Of a DNA stretch of 64,000 nucleotides, positions 29,910 through 41,900 are shown one piece after another; within the stretch, counting starts at the first letter, position 1, and every line of letters begins with the position of its first letter. Source of the DNA: Naegleria gruberi (lineage: Eukaryota); assembly GCA_000004985.1 (NCBI GenBank), contig GG738894.1; one strand, written 5' to 3'. Both the position numbers and the translations under genes were made by a program. The notes below the pieces were generated by a model that worked only from the letters and a program-made list of their open reading frames with translations, did not search any database and was not told where the DNA came from.

Positions 29910-32900
29910 NNNNNNNNNNNNNNNNNNNNNNNNNNNNNNNNNNNNNNNNNNNNNNNNNNNNNNNNNNNNNNNNNNNNNNNNNNNNNNNNNNNNNNNNNNN
30001 NNNNNNNNNNNNNNNNNNNNNNNNNNNNNNNNNNNNNNNNNNNNNNNNNNNNNNNNNNNNNNNNNNNNNNNNNNNNNNNNNNNNNNNNNNNNNNNNNNNN
30101 NNNNNNNNNNNNNNNNNNNNNNNNNNNNNNNNNNNNNNNNNNNNNNNNNNNNNNNNNNNNNNNNNNNNNNNNNNNNNNNNNNNNNNNNNNNNNNNNNNNN
30201 NNNNNNNNNNNNNNNNNNNNNNNNNNNNNNNNNNNNNNNNNNNNNNNNNNNNNNNNNNNNNNNNNNNNNNNNNNNNNNNNNNNNNNNNNNNNNNNNNNNN
30301 NNNNNNNNNNNNNNNNNNNNNNNNNNNNNNNNNNNNNNNNNNNNNNNNNNNNNNNNNNNNNNNNNNNNNNNNNNNNNNNNNNNNNNNNNNNNNNNNNNNN
30401 NNNNNNNNNNNNNNNNNNNNNNNNNNNNNNNNNNNNNNNNNNNNNNNNNNNNNNNNNNNNNNNNNNNNNNNNNNNNNNNNNNNNNNNNNNNNNNNNNNNN
30501 NNNNNNNNNNNNNNNNNNNNNNNNNNNNNNNNNNNNNNNNNNNNNNNNNNNNNNNNNNNNNNNNNNNNNNNNNNNNNNNNNNNNNNNNNNNNNNNNNNNN
30601 NNNNNNNNNNNNNNNNNNNNNNNNNNNNNNNNNNNNNNNNNNNNNNNNNNNNNNNNNNNNNNNNNNNNNNNNNNNNNNNNNNNNNNNNNNNNNNNNNNNN
30701 NNNNNNNNNNNNNNNNNNNNNNNNNNNNNNNNNNNNNNNNNNNNNNNNNNNNNNNNNNNNNNNNNNNNNNNNNNNNNNNNNNNNNNNNNNNNNNNNNNNN
30801 NNNNNNNNNNNNNNNNNNNNNNNNNNNNNNNNNNNNNNNNNNNNNNNNNNNNNNNNNNNNNNNNNNNNNNNNNNNNNNNNNNNNNNNNNNNNNNNNNNNN
30901 NNNNNNNNNNNNNNNNNNNNNNNNNNNNNNNNNNNNNNNNNNNNNNNNNNNNNNNNNNNNNNNNNNNNNNNNNNNNNNNNNNNNNNNNNNNNNNNNNNNN
31001 NNNNNNNNNNNNNNNNNNNNNNNNNNNNNNNNNNNNNNNNNNNNNNNNNNNNNNNNNNNNNNNNNNNNNNNNNNNNNNNNNNNNNNNNNNNNNNNNNNNN
31101 NNNNNNNNNNNNNNNNNNNNNNNNNNNNNNNNNNNNNNNNNNNNNNNNNNNNNNNNNNNNNNNNNNNNNNNNNNNNNNNNNNNNNNNNNNNNNNNNNNNN
31201 NNNNNNNNNNNNNNNNNNNNNNNNNNNNNNNNNNNNNNNNNNNNNNNNNNNNNNNNNNNNNNNNNNNNNNNNNNNNNNNNNNNNNNNNNNNNNNNNNNNN
31301 NNNNNNNNNNNNNNNNNNNNNNNNNNNNNNNNNNNNNNNNNNNNNNNNNNNNNNNNNNNNNNNNNNNNNNNNNNNNNNNNNNNNNNNNNNNNNNNNNNNN
31401 NNNNNNNNNNNNNNNNNNNNNNNNNNNNNNNNNNNNNNNNNNNNNNNNNNNNNNNNNNNNNNNNNNNNNNNNNNNNNNNNNNNNNNNNNNNNNNNNNNNN
31501 NNNNNNNNNNNNNNNNNNNNNNNNNNNNNNNNNNNNNNNNNNNNNNNNNNNNNNNNNNNNNNNNNNNNNNNNNNNNNNNNNNNNNNNNNNNNNNNNNNNN
31601 NNNNNNNNNNNNNNNNNNNNNNNNNNNNNNNNNNNNNNNNNNNNNNNNNNNNNNNNNNNNNNNNNNNNNNNNNNNNNNNNNNNNNNNNNNNNNNNNNNNN
31701 NNNNNNNNNNNNNNNNNNNNNNNNNNNNNNNNNNNNNNNNNNNNNNNNNNNNNNNNNNNNNNNNNNNNNNNNNNNNNNNNNNNNNNNNNNNNNNNNNNNN
31801 NNNNNNNNNNNNNNNNNNNNNNNNNNNNNNNNNNNNNNNNNNNNNNNNNNNNNNNNNNNNNNNNNNNNNNNNNNNNNNNNNNNNNNNNNNNNNNNNNNNN
31901 NNNNNNNNNNNNNNNNNNNNNNNNNNNNNNNNNNNNNNNNNNNNNNNNNNNNNNNNNNNNNNNNNNNNNNNNNNNNNNNNNNNNNNNNNNNNNNNNNNNN
32001 NNNNNNNNNNNNNNNNNNNNNNNNNNNNNNNNNNNNNNNNNNNNNNNNNNNNNNNNNNNNNNNNNNNNNNNNNNNNNNNNNNNNNNNNNNNNNNNNNNNN
32101 NNNNNNNNNNNNNNNNNNNNNNNNNNNNNNNNNNNNNNNNNNNNNNNNNNNNNNNNNNNNNNNNNNNNNNNNNNNNNNNNNNNNNNNNNNNNNNNNNNNN
32201 NNNNNNNNNNNNNNNNNNNNNNNNNNNNNNNNNNNNNNNNNNNNNNNNNNNNNNNNNNNNNNNNNNNNNNNNNNNNNNNNNNNNNNNNNNNNNNNNNNNN
32301 NNNNNNNNNNNNNNNNNNNNNNNNNNNNNNNNNNNNNNNNNNNNNNNNNNNNNNNNNNNNNNNNNNNNNNNNNNNNNNNNNNNNNNNNNNNNNNNNNNNN
32401 NNNNNNNNNNNNNNNNNNNNNNNNNNNNNNNNNNNNNNNNNNNNNNNNNNNNNNNNNNNNNNNNNNNNNNNNNNNNNNNNNNNNNNNNNNNNNNNNNNNN
32501 NNNNNNNNNNNNNNNNNNNNNNNNNNNNNNNNNNNNNNNNNNNNNNNNNNNNNNNNNNNNNNNNNNNNNNNNNNNNNNNNNNNNNNNNNNNNNNNNNNNN
32601 NNNNNNNNNNNNNNNNNNNNNNNNNNNNNNNNNNNNNNNNNNNNNNNNNNNNNNNNNNNNNNNNNNNNNNNNNNNNNNNNNNNNNNNNNNNNNNNNNNNN
32701 NNNNNNNNNNNNNNNNNNNNNNNNNNNNNNNNNNNNNNNNNNNNNNNNNNNNNNNNNNNNNNNNNNNNNNNNNNNNNNNNNNNNNNNNNNNNNNNNNNNN
32801 NNNNNNNNNNNNNNNNNNNNNNNNNNNNNNNNNNNNNNNNNNNNNNNNNNNNNNNNNNNNNNNNNNNNNNNNNNNNNNNNNNNNNNNNNNNNNNNNNNNN

Positions 32901-35900
32901 NNNNNNNNNNNNNNNNNNNNNNNNNNNNNNNNNNNNNNNNNNNNNNNNNNNNNNNNNNNNNNNNNNNNNNNNNNNNNNNNNNNNNNNNNNNNNNNNNNNN
33001 NNNNNNNNNNNNNNNNNNNNNNNNNNNNNNNNNNNNNNNNNNNNNNNNNNNNNNNNNNNNNNNNNNNNNNNNNNNNNNNNNNNNNNNNNNNNNNNNNNNN
33101 NNNNNNNNNNNNNNNNNNNNNNNNNNNNNNNNNNNNNNNNNNNNNNNNNNNNNNNNNNNNNNNNNNNNNNNNNNNNNNNNNNNNNNNNNNNNNNNNNNNN
33201 NNNNNNNNNNNNNNNNNNNNNNNNNNNNNNNNNNNNNNNNNNNNNNNNNNNNNNNNNNNNNNNNNNNNNNNNNNNNNNNNNNNNNNNNNNNNNNNNNNNN
33301 NNNNNNNNNNNNNNNNNNNNNNNNNNNNNNNNNNNNNNNNNNNNNNNNNNNNNNNNNNNNNNNNNNNNNNNNNNNNNNNNNNNNNNNNNNNNNNNNNNNN
33401 NNNNNNNNNNNNNNNNNNNNNNNNNNNNNNNNNNNNNNNNNNNNNNNNNNNNNNNNNNNNNNNNNNNNNNNNNNNNNNNNNNNNNNNNNNNNNNNNNNNN
33501 NNNNNNNNNNNNNNNNNNNNNNNNNNNNNNNNNNNNNNNNNNNNNNNNNNNNNNNNNNNNNNNNNNNNNNNNNNNNNNNNNNNNNNNNNNNNNNNNNNNN
33601 NNNNNNNNNNNNNNNNNNNNNNNNNNNNNNNNNNNNNNNNNNNNNNNNNNNNNNNNNNNNNNNNNNNNNNNNNNNNNNNNNNNNNNNNNNNNNNNNNNNN
33701 NNNNNNNNNNNNNNNNNNNNNNNNNNNNNNNNNNNNNNNNNNNNNNNNNNNNNNNNNNNNNNNNNNNNNNNNNNNNNNNNNNNNNNNNNNNNNNNNNNNN
33801 NNNNNNNNNNNNNNNNNNNNNNNNNNNNNNNNNNNNNNNNNNNNNNNNNNNNNNNNNNNNNNNNNNNNNNNNNNNNNNNNNNNNNNNNNNNNNNNNNNNN
33901 NNNNNNNNNNNNNNNNNNNNNNNNNNNNNNNNNNNNNNNNNNNNNNNNNNNNNNNNNNNNNNNNNNNNNNNNNNNNNNNNNNNNNNNNNNNNNNNNNNNN
34001 NNNNNNNNNNNNNNNNNNNNNNNNNNNNNNNNNNNNNNNNNNNNNNNNNNNNNNNNNNNNNNNNNNNNNNNNNNNNNNNNNNNNNNNNNNNNNNNNNNNN
34101 NNNNNNNNNNNNNNNNNNNNNNNNNNNNNNNNNNNNNNNNNNNNNNNNNNNNNNNNNNNNNNNNNNNNNNNNNNNNNNNNNNNNNNNNNNNNNNNNNNNN
34201 NNNNNNNNNNNNNNNNNNNNNNNNNNNNNNNNNNNNNNNNNNNNNNNNNNNNNNNNNNNNNNNNNNNNNNNNNNNNNNNNNNNNNNNNNNNNNNNNNNNN
34301 NNNNNNNNNNNNNNNNNNNNNNNNNNNNNNNNNNNNNNNNNNNNNNNNNNNNNNNNNNNNNNNNNNNNNNNNNNNNNNNNNNNNNNNNNNNNNNNNNNNN
34401 NNNNNNNNNNNNNNNNNNNNNNNNNNNNNNNNNNNNNNNNNNNNNNNNNNNNNNNNNNNNNNNNNNNNNNNNNNNNNNNNNNNNNNNNNNNNNNNNNNNN
34501 NNNNNNNNNNNNNNNNNNNNNNNNNNNNNNNNNNNNNNNNNNNNNNNNNNNNNNNNNNNNNNNNNNNNNNNNNNNNNNNNNNNNNNNNNNNNNNNNNNNN
34601 NNNNNNNNNNNNNNNNNNNNNNNNNNNNNNNNNNNNNNNNNNNNNNNNNNNNNNNNNNNNNNNNNNNNNNNNNNNNNNNNNNNNNNNNNNNNNNNNNNNN
34701 NNNNNNNNNNNNNNNNNNNNNNNNNNNNNNNNNNNNNNNNNNNNNNNNNNNNNNNNNNNNNNNNNNNNNNNNNNNNNNNNNNNNNNNNNNNNNNNNNNNN
34801 NNNNNNNNNNNNNNNNNNNNNNNNNNNNNNNNNNNNNNNNNNNNNNNNNNNNNNNNNNNNNNNNNNNNNNNNNNNNNNNNNNNNNNNNNNNNNNNNNNNN
34901 NNNNNNNNNNNNNNNNNNNNNNNNNNNNNNNNNNNNNNNNNNNNNNNNNNNNNNNNNNNNNNNNNNNNNNNNNNNNNNNNNNNNNNNNNNNNNNNNNNNN
35001 NNNNNNNNNNNNNNNNNNNNNNNNNNNNNNNNNNNNNNNNNNNNNNNNNNNNNNNNNNNNNNNNNNNNNNNNNNNNNNNNNNNNNNNNNNNNNNNNNNNN
35101 NNNNNNNNNNNNNNNNNNNNNNNNNNNNNNNNNNNNNNNNNNNNNNNNNNNNNNNNNNNNNNNNNNNNNNNNNNNNNNNNNNNNNNNNNNNNNNNNNNNN
35201 NNNNNNNNNNNNNNNNNNNNNNNNNNNNNNNNNNNNNNNNNNNNNNNNNNNNNNNNNNNNNNNNNNNNNNNNNNNNNNNNNNNNNNNNNNNNNNNNNNNN
35301 NNNNNNNNNNNNNNNNNNNNNNNNNNNNNNNNNNNNNNNNNNNNNNNNNNNNNNNNNNNNNNNNNNNNNNNNNNNNNNNNNNNNNNNNNNNNNNNNNNNN
35401 NNNNNNNNNNNNNNNNNNNNNNNNNNNNNNNNNNNNNNNNNNNNNNNNNNNNNNNNNNNNNNNNNNNNNNNNNNNNNNNNNNNNNNNNNNNNNNNNNNNN
35501 NNNNNNNNNNNNNNNNNNNNNNNNNNNNNNNNNNNNNNNNNNNNNNNNNNNNNNNNNNNNNNNNNNNNNNNNNNNNNNNNNNNNNNNNNNNNNNNNNNNN
35601 NNNNNNNNNNNNNNNNNNNNNNNNNNNNNNNNNNNNNNNNNNNNNNNNNNNNNNNNNNNNNNNNNNNNNNNNNNNNNNNNNNNNNNNNNNNNNNNNNNNN
35701 NNNNNNNNNNNNNNNNNNNNNNNNNNNNNNNNNNNNNNNNNNNNNNNNNNNNNNNNNNNNNNNNNNNNNNNNNNNNNNNNNNNNNNNNNNNNNNNNNNNN
35801 NNNNNNNNNNNNNNNNNNNNNNNNNNNNNNNNNNNNNNNNNNNNNNNNNNNNNNNNNNNNNNNNNNNNNNNNNNNNNNNNNNNNNNNNNNNNNNNNNNNN

Positions 35901-38900
35901 NNNNNNNNNNNNNNNNNNNNNNNNNNNNNNNNNNNNNNNNNNNNNNNNNNNNNNNNNNNNNNNNNNNNNNNNNNNNNNNNNNNNNNNNNNNNNNNNNNNN
36001 NNNNNNNNNNNNNNNNNNNNNNNNNNNNNNNNNNNNNNNNNNNNNNNNNNNNNNNNNNNNNNNNNNNNNNNNNNNNNNNNNNNNNNNNNNNNNNNNNNNN
36101 NNNNNNNNNNNNNNNNNNNNNNNNNNNNNNNNNNNNNNNNNNNNNNNNNNNNNNNNNNNNNNNNNNNNNNNNNNNNNNNNNNNNNNNNNNNNNNNNNNNN
36201 NNNNNNNNNNNNNNNNNNNNNNNNNNNNNNNNNNNNNNNNNNNNNNNNNNNNNNNNNNNNNNNNNNNNNNNNNNNNNNNNNNNNNNNNNNNNNNNNNNNN
36301 NNNNNNNNNNNNNNNNNNNNNNNNNNNNNNNNNNNNNNNNNNNNNNNNNNNNNNNNNNNNNNNNNNNNNNNNNNNNNNNNNNNNNNNNNNNNNNNNNNNN
36401 NNNNNNNNNNNNNNNNNNNNNNNNNNNNNNNNNNNNNNNNNNNNNNNNNNNNNNNNNNNNNNNNNNNNNNNNNNNNNNNNNNNNNNNNNNNNNNNNNNNN
36501 NNNNNNNNNNNNNNNNNNNNNNNNNNNNNNNNNNNNNNNNNNNNNNNNNNNNNNNNNNNNNNNNNNNNNNNNNNNNNNNNNNNNNNNNNNNNNNNNNNNN
36601 NNNNNNNNNNNNNNNNNNNNNNNNNNNNNNNNNNNNNNNNNNNNNNNNNNNNNNNNNNNNNNNNNNNNNNNNNNNNNNNNNNNNNNNNNNNNNNNNNNNN
36701 NNNNNNNNNNNNNNNNNNNNNNNNNNNNNNNNNNNNNNNNNNNNNNNNNNNNNNNNNNNNNNNNNNNNNNNNNNNNNNNNNNNNNNNNNNNNNNNNNNNN
36801 NNNNNNNNNNNNNNNNNNNNNNNNNNNNNNNNNNNNNNNNNNNNNNNNNNNNNNNNNNNNNNNNNNNNNNNNNNNNNNNNNNNNNNNNNNNNNNNNNNNN
36901 NNNNNNNNNNNNNNNNNNNNNNNNNNNNNNNNNNNNNNNNNNNNNNNNNNNNNNNNNNNNNNNNNNNNNNNNNNNNNNNNNNNNNNNNNNNNNNNNNNNN
37001 NNNNNNNNNNNNNNNNNNNNNNNNNNNNNNNNNNNNNNNNNNNNNNNNNNNNNNNNNNNNNNNNNNNNNNNNNNNNNNNNNNNNNNNNNNNNNNNNNNNN
37101 NNNNNNNNNNNNNNNNNNNNNNNNNNNNNNNNNNNNNNNNNNNNNNNNNNNNNNNNNNNNNNNNNNNNNNNNNNNNNNNNNNNNNNNNNNNNNNNNNNNN
37201 NNNNNNNNNNNNNNNNNNNNNNNNNNNNNNNNNNNNNNNNNNNNNNNNNNNNNNNNNNNNNNNNNNNNNNNNNNNNNNNNNNNNNNNNNNNNNNNNNNNN
37301 NNNNNNNNNNNNNNNNNNNNNNNNNNNNNNNNNNNNNNNNNNNNNNNNNNNNNNNNNNNNNNNNNNNNNNNNNNNNNNNNNNNNNNNNNNNNNNNNNNNN
37401 NNNNNNNNNNNNNNNNNNNNNNNNNNNNNNNNNNNNNNNNNNNNNNNNNNNNNNNNNNNNNNNNNNNNNNNNNNNNNNNNNNNNNNNNNNNNNNNNNNNN
37501 NNNNNNNNNNNNNNNNNNNNNNNNNNNNNNNNNNNNNNNNNNNNNNNNNNNNNNNNNNNNNNNNNNNNNNNNNNNNNNNNNNNNNNNNNNNNNNNNNNNN
37601 NNNNNNNNNNNNNNNNNNNNNNNNNNNNNNNNNNNNNNNNNNNNNNNNNNNNNNNNNNNNNNNNNNNNNNNNNNNNNNNNNNNNNNNNNNNNNNNNNNNN
37701 NNNNNNNNNNNNNNNNNNNNNNNNNNNNNNNNNNNNNNNNNNNNNNNNNNNNNNNNNNNNNNNNNNNNNNNNNNNNNNNNNNNNNNNNNNNNNNNNNNNN
37801 NNNNNNNNNNNNNNNNNNNNNNNNNNNNNNNNNNNNNNNNNNNNNNNNNNNNNNNNNNNNNNNNNNNNNNNNNNNNNNNNNNNNNNNNNNNNNNNNNNNN
37901 NNNNNNNNNNNNNNNNNNNNNNNNNNNNNNNNNNNNNNNNNNNNNNNNNNNNNNNNNNNNNNNNNNNNNNNNNNNNNNNNNNNNNNNNNNNNNNNNNNNN
38001 NNNNNNNNNNNNNNNNNNNNNNNNNNNNNNNNNNNNNNNNNNNNNNNNNNNNNNNNNNNNNNNNNNNNNNNNNNNNNNNNNNNNNNNNNNNNNNNNNNNN
38101 NNNNNNNNNNNNNNNNNNNNNNNNNNNNNNNNNNNNNNNNNNNNNNNNNNNNNNNNNNNNNNNNNNNNNNNNNNNNNNNNNNNNNNNNNNNNNNNNNNNN
38201 NNNNNNNNNNNNNNNNNNNNNNNNNNNNNNNNNNNNNNNNNNNNNNNNNNNNNNNNNNNNNNNNNNNNNNNNNNNNNNNNNNNNNNNNNNNNNNNNNNNN
38301 NNNNNNNNNNNNNNNNNNNNNNNNNNNNNNNNNNNNNNNNNNNNNNNNNNNNNNNNNNNNNNNNNNNNNNNNNNNNNNNNNNNNNNNNNNNNNNNNNNNN
38401 NNNNNNNNNNNNNNNNNNNNNNNNNNNNNNNNNNNNNNNNNNNNNNNNNNNNNNNNNNNNNNNNNNNNNNNNNNNNNNNNNNNNNNNNNNNNNNNNNNNN
38501 NNNNNNNNNNNNNNNNNNNNNNNNNNNNNNNNNNNNNNNNNNNNNNNNNNNNNNNNNNNNNNNNNNNNNNNNNNNNNNNNNNNNNNNNNNNNNNNNNNNN
38601 NNNNNNNNNNNNNNNNNNNNNNNNNNNNNNNNNNNNNNNNNNNNNNNNNNNNNNNNNNNNNNNNNNNNNNNNNNNNNNNNNNNNNNNNNNNNNNNNNNNN
38701 NNNNNNNNNNNNNNNNNNNNNNNNNNNNNNNNNNNNNNNNNNNNNNNNNNNNNNNNNNNNNNNNNNNNNNNNNNNNNNNNNNNNNNNNNNNNNNNNNNNN
38801 NNNNNNNNNNNNNNNNNNNNNNNNNNNNNNNNNNNNNNNNNNNNNNNNNNNNNNNNNNNNNNNNNNNNNNNNNNNNNNNNNNNNNNNNNNNNNNNNNNNN

Positions 38901-41900
38901 NNNNNNNNNNNNNNNNNNNNNNNNNNNNNNNNNNNNNNNNNNNNNNNNNNNNNNNNNNNNNNNNNNNNNNNNNNNNNNNNNNNNNNNNNNNNNNNNNNNN
39001 NNNNNNNNNNNNNNNNNNNNNNNNNNNNNNNNNNNNNNNNNNNNNNNNNNNNNNNNNNNNNNNNNNNNNNNNNNNNNNNNNNNNNNNNNNNNNNNNNNNN
39101 NNNNNNNNNNNNNNNNNNNNNNNNNNNNNNNNNNNNNNNNNNNNNNNNNNNNNNNNNNNNNNNNNNNNNNNNNNNNNNNNNNNNNNNNNNNNNNNNNNNN
39201 NNNNNNNNNNNNNNNNNNNNNNNNNNNNNNNNNNNNNNNNNNNNNNNNNNNNNNNNNNNNNNNNNNNNNNNNNNNNNNNNNNNNNNNNNNNNNNNNNNNN
39301 NNNNNNNNNNNNNNNNNNNNNNNNNNNNNNNNNNNNNNNNNNNNNNNNNNNNNNNNNNNNNNNNNNNNNNNNNNNNNNNNNNNNNNNNNNNNNNNNNNNN
39401 NNNNNNNNNNNNNNNNNNNNNNNNNNNNNNNNNNNNNNNNNNNNNNNNNNNNNNNNNNNNNNNNNNNNNNNNNNNNNNNNNNNNNNNNNNNNNNNNNNNN
39501 NNNNNNNNNNNNNNNNNNNNNNNNNNNNNNNNNNNNNNNNNNNNNNNNNNNNNNNNNNNNNNNNNNNNNNNNNNNNNNNNNNNNNNNNNNNNNNNNNNNN
39601 NNNNNNNNNNNNNNNNNNNNNNNNNNNNNNNNNNNNNNNNNNNNNNNNNNNNNNNNNNNNNNNNNNNNNNNNNNNNNNNNNNNNNNNNNNNNNNNNNNNN
39701 NNNNNNNNNNNNNNNNNNNNNNNNNNNNNNNNNNNNNNNNNNNNNNNNNNNNNNNNNNNNNNNNNNNNNNNNNNNNNNNNNNNNNNNNNNNNNNNNNNNN
39801 NNNNNNNNNNNNNNNNNNNNNNNNNNNNNNNNNNNNNNNNNNNNNNNNNNNNNNNNNNNNNNNNNNNNNNNNNNNNNNNNNNNNNNNNNNNNNNNNNNNN
39901 NNNNNNNNNNNNNNNNNNNNNNNNNNNNNNNNNNNNNNNNNNNNNNNNNNNNNNNNNNNNNNNNNNNNNNNNNNNNNNNNNNNNNNNNNNNNNNNNNNNN
40001 NNNNNNNNNNNNNNNNNNNNNNNNNNNNNNNNNNNNNNNNNNNNNNNNNNNNNNNNNNNNNNNNNNNNNNNNNNNNNNNNNNNNNNNNNNNNNNNNNNNN
40101 NNNNNNNNNNNNNNNNNNNNNNNNNNNNNNNNNNNNNNNNNNNNNNNNNNNNNNNNNNNNNNNNNNNNNNNNNNNNNNNNNNNNNNNNNNNNNNNNNNNN
40201 NNNNNNNNNNNNNNNNNNNNNNNNNNNNNNNNNNNNNNNNNNNNNNNNNNNNNNNNNNNNNNNNNNNNNNNNNNNNNNNNNNNNNNNNNNNNNNNNNNNN
40301 NNNNNNNNNNNNNNNNNNNNNNNNNNNNNNNNNNNNNNNNNNNNNNNNNNNNNNNNNNNNNNNNNNNNNNNNNNNNNNNNNNNNNNNNNNNNNNNNNNNN
40401 NNNNNNNNNNNNNNNNNNNNNNNNNNNNNNNNNNNNNNNNNNNNNNNNNNNNNNNNNNNNNNNNNNNNNNNNNNNNNNNNNNNNNNNNNNNNNNNNNNNN
40501 NNNNNNNNNNNNNNNNNNNNNNNNNNNNNNNNNNNNNNNNNNNNNNNNNNNNNNNNNNNNNNNNNNNNNNNNNNNNNNNNNNNNNNNNNNNNNNNNNNNN
40601 NNNNNNNNNNNNNNNNNNNNNNNNNNNNNNNNNNNNNNNNNNNNNNNNNNNNNNNNNNNNNNNNNNNNNNNNNNNNNNNNNNNNNNNNNNNNNNNNNNNN
40701 NNNNNNNNNNNNNNNNNNNNNNNNNNNNNNNNNNNNNNNNNNNNNNNNNNNNNNNNNNNNNNNNNNNNNNNNNNNNNNNNNNNNNNNNNNNNNNNNNNNN
40801 NNNNNNNNNNNNNNNNNNNNNNNNNNNNNNNNNNNNNNNNNNNNNNNNNNNNNNNNNNNNNNNNNNNNNNNNNNNNNNNNNNNNNNNNNNNNNNNNNNNN
40901 NNNNNNNNNNNNNNNNNNNNNNNNNNNNNNNNNNNNNNNNNNNNNNNNNNNNNNNNNNNNNNNNNNNNNNNNNNNNNNNNNNNNNNNNNNNNNNNNNNNN
41001 NNNNNNNNNNNNNNNNNNNNNNNNNNNNNNNNNNNNNNNNNNNNNNNNNNNNNNNNNNNNNNNNNNNNNNNNNNNNNNNNNNNNNNNNNNNNNNNNNNNN
41101 NNNNNNNNNNNNNNNNNNNNNNNNNNNNNNNNNNNNNNNNNNNNNNNNNNNNNNNNNNNNNNNNNNNNNNNNNNNNNNNNNNNNNNNNNNNNNNNNNNNN
41201 NNNNNNNNNNNNNNNNNNNNNNNNNNNNNNNNNNNNNNNNNNNNNNNNNNNNNNNNNNNNNNNNNNNNNNNNNNNNNNNNNNNNNNNNNNNNNNNNNNNN
41301 NNNNNNNNNNNNNNNNNNNNNNNNNNNNNNNNNNNNNNNNNNNNNNNNNNNNNNNNNNNNNNNNNNNNNNNNNNNNNNNNNNNNNNNNNNNNNNNNNNNN
41401 NNNNNNNNNNNNNNNNNNNNNNNNNNNNNNNNNNNNNNNNNNNNNNNNNNNNNNNNNNNNNNNNNNNNNNNNNNNNNNNNNNNNNNNNNNNNNNNNNNNN
41501 NNNNNNNNNNNNNNNNNNNNNNNNNNNNNNNNNNNNNNNNNNNNNNNNNNNNNNNNNNNNNNNNNNNNNNNNNNNNNNNNNNNNNNNNNNNNNNNNNNNN
41601 NNNNNNNNNNNNNNNNNNNNNNNNNNNNNNNNNNNNNNNNNNNNNNNNNNNNNNNNNNNNNNNNNNNNNNNNNNNNNNNNNNNNNNNNNNNNNNNNNNNN
41701 NNNNNNNNNNNNNNNNNNNNNNNNNNNNNNNNNNNNNNNNNNNNNNNNNNNNNNNNNNNNNNNNNNNNNNNNNNNNNNNNNNNNNNNNNNNNNNNNNNNN
41801 NNNNNNNNNNNNNNNNNNNNNNNNNNNNNNNNNNNNNNNNNNNNNNNNNNNNNNNNNNNNNNNNNNNNNNNNNNNNNNNNNNNNNNNNNNNNNNNNNNNN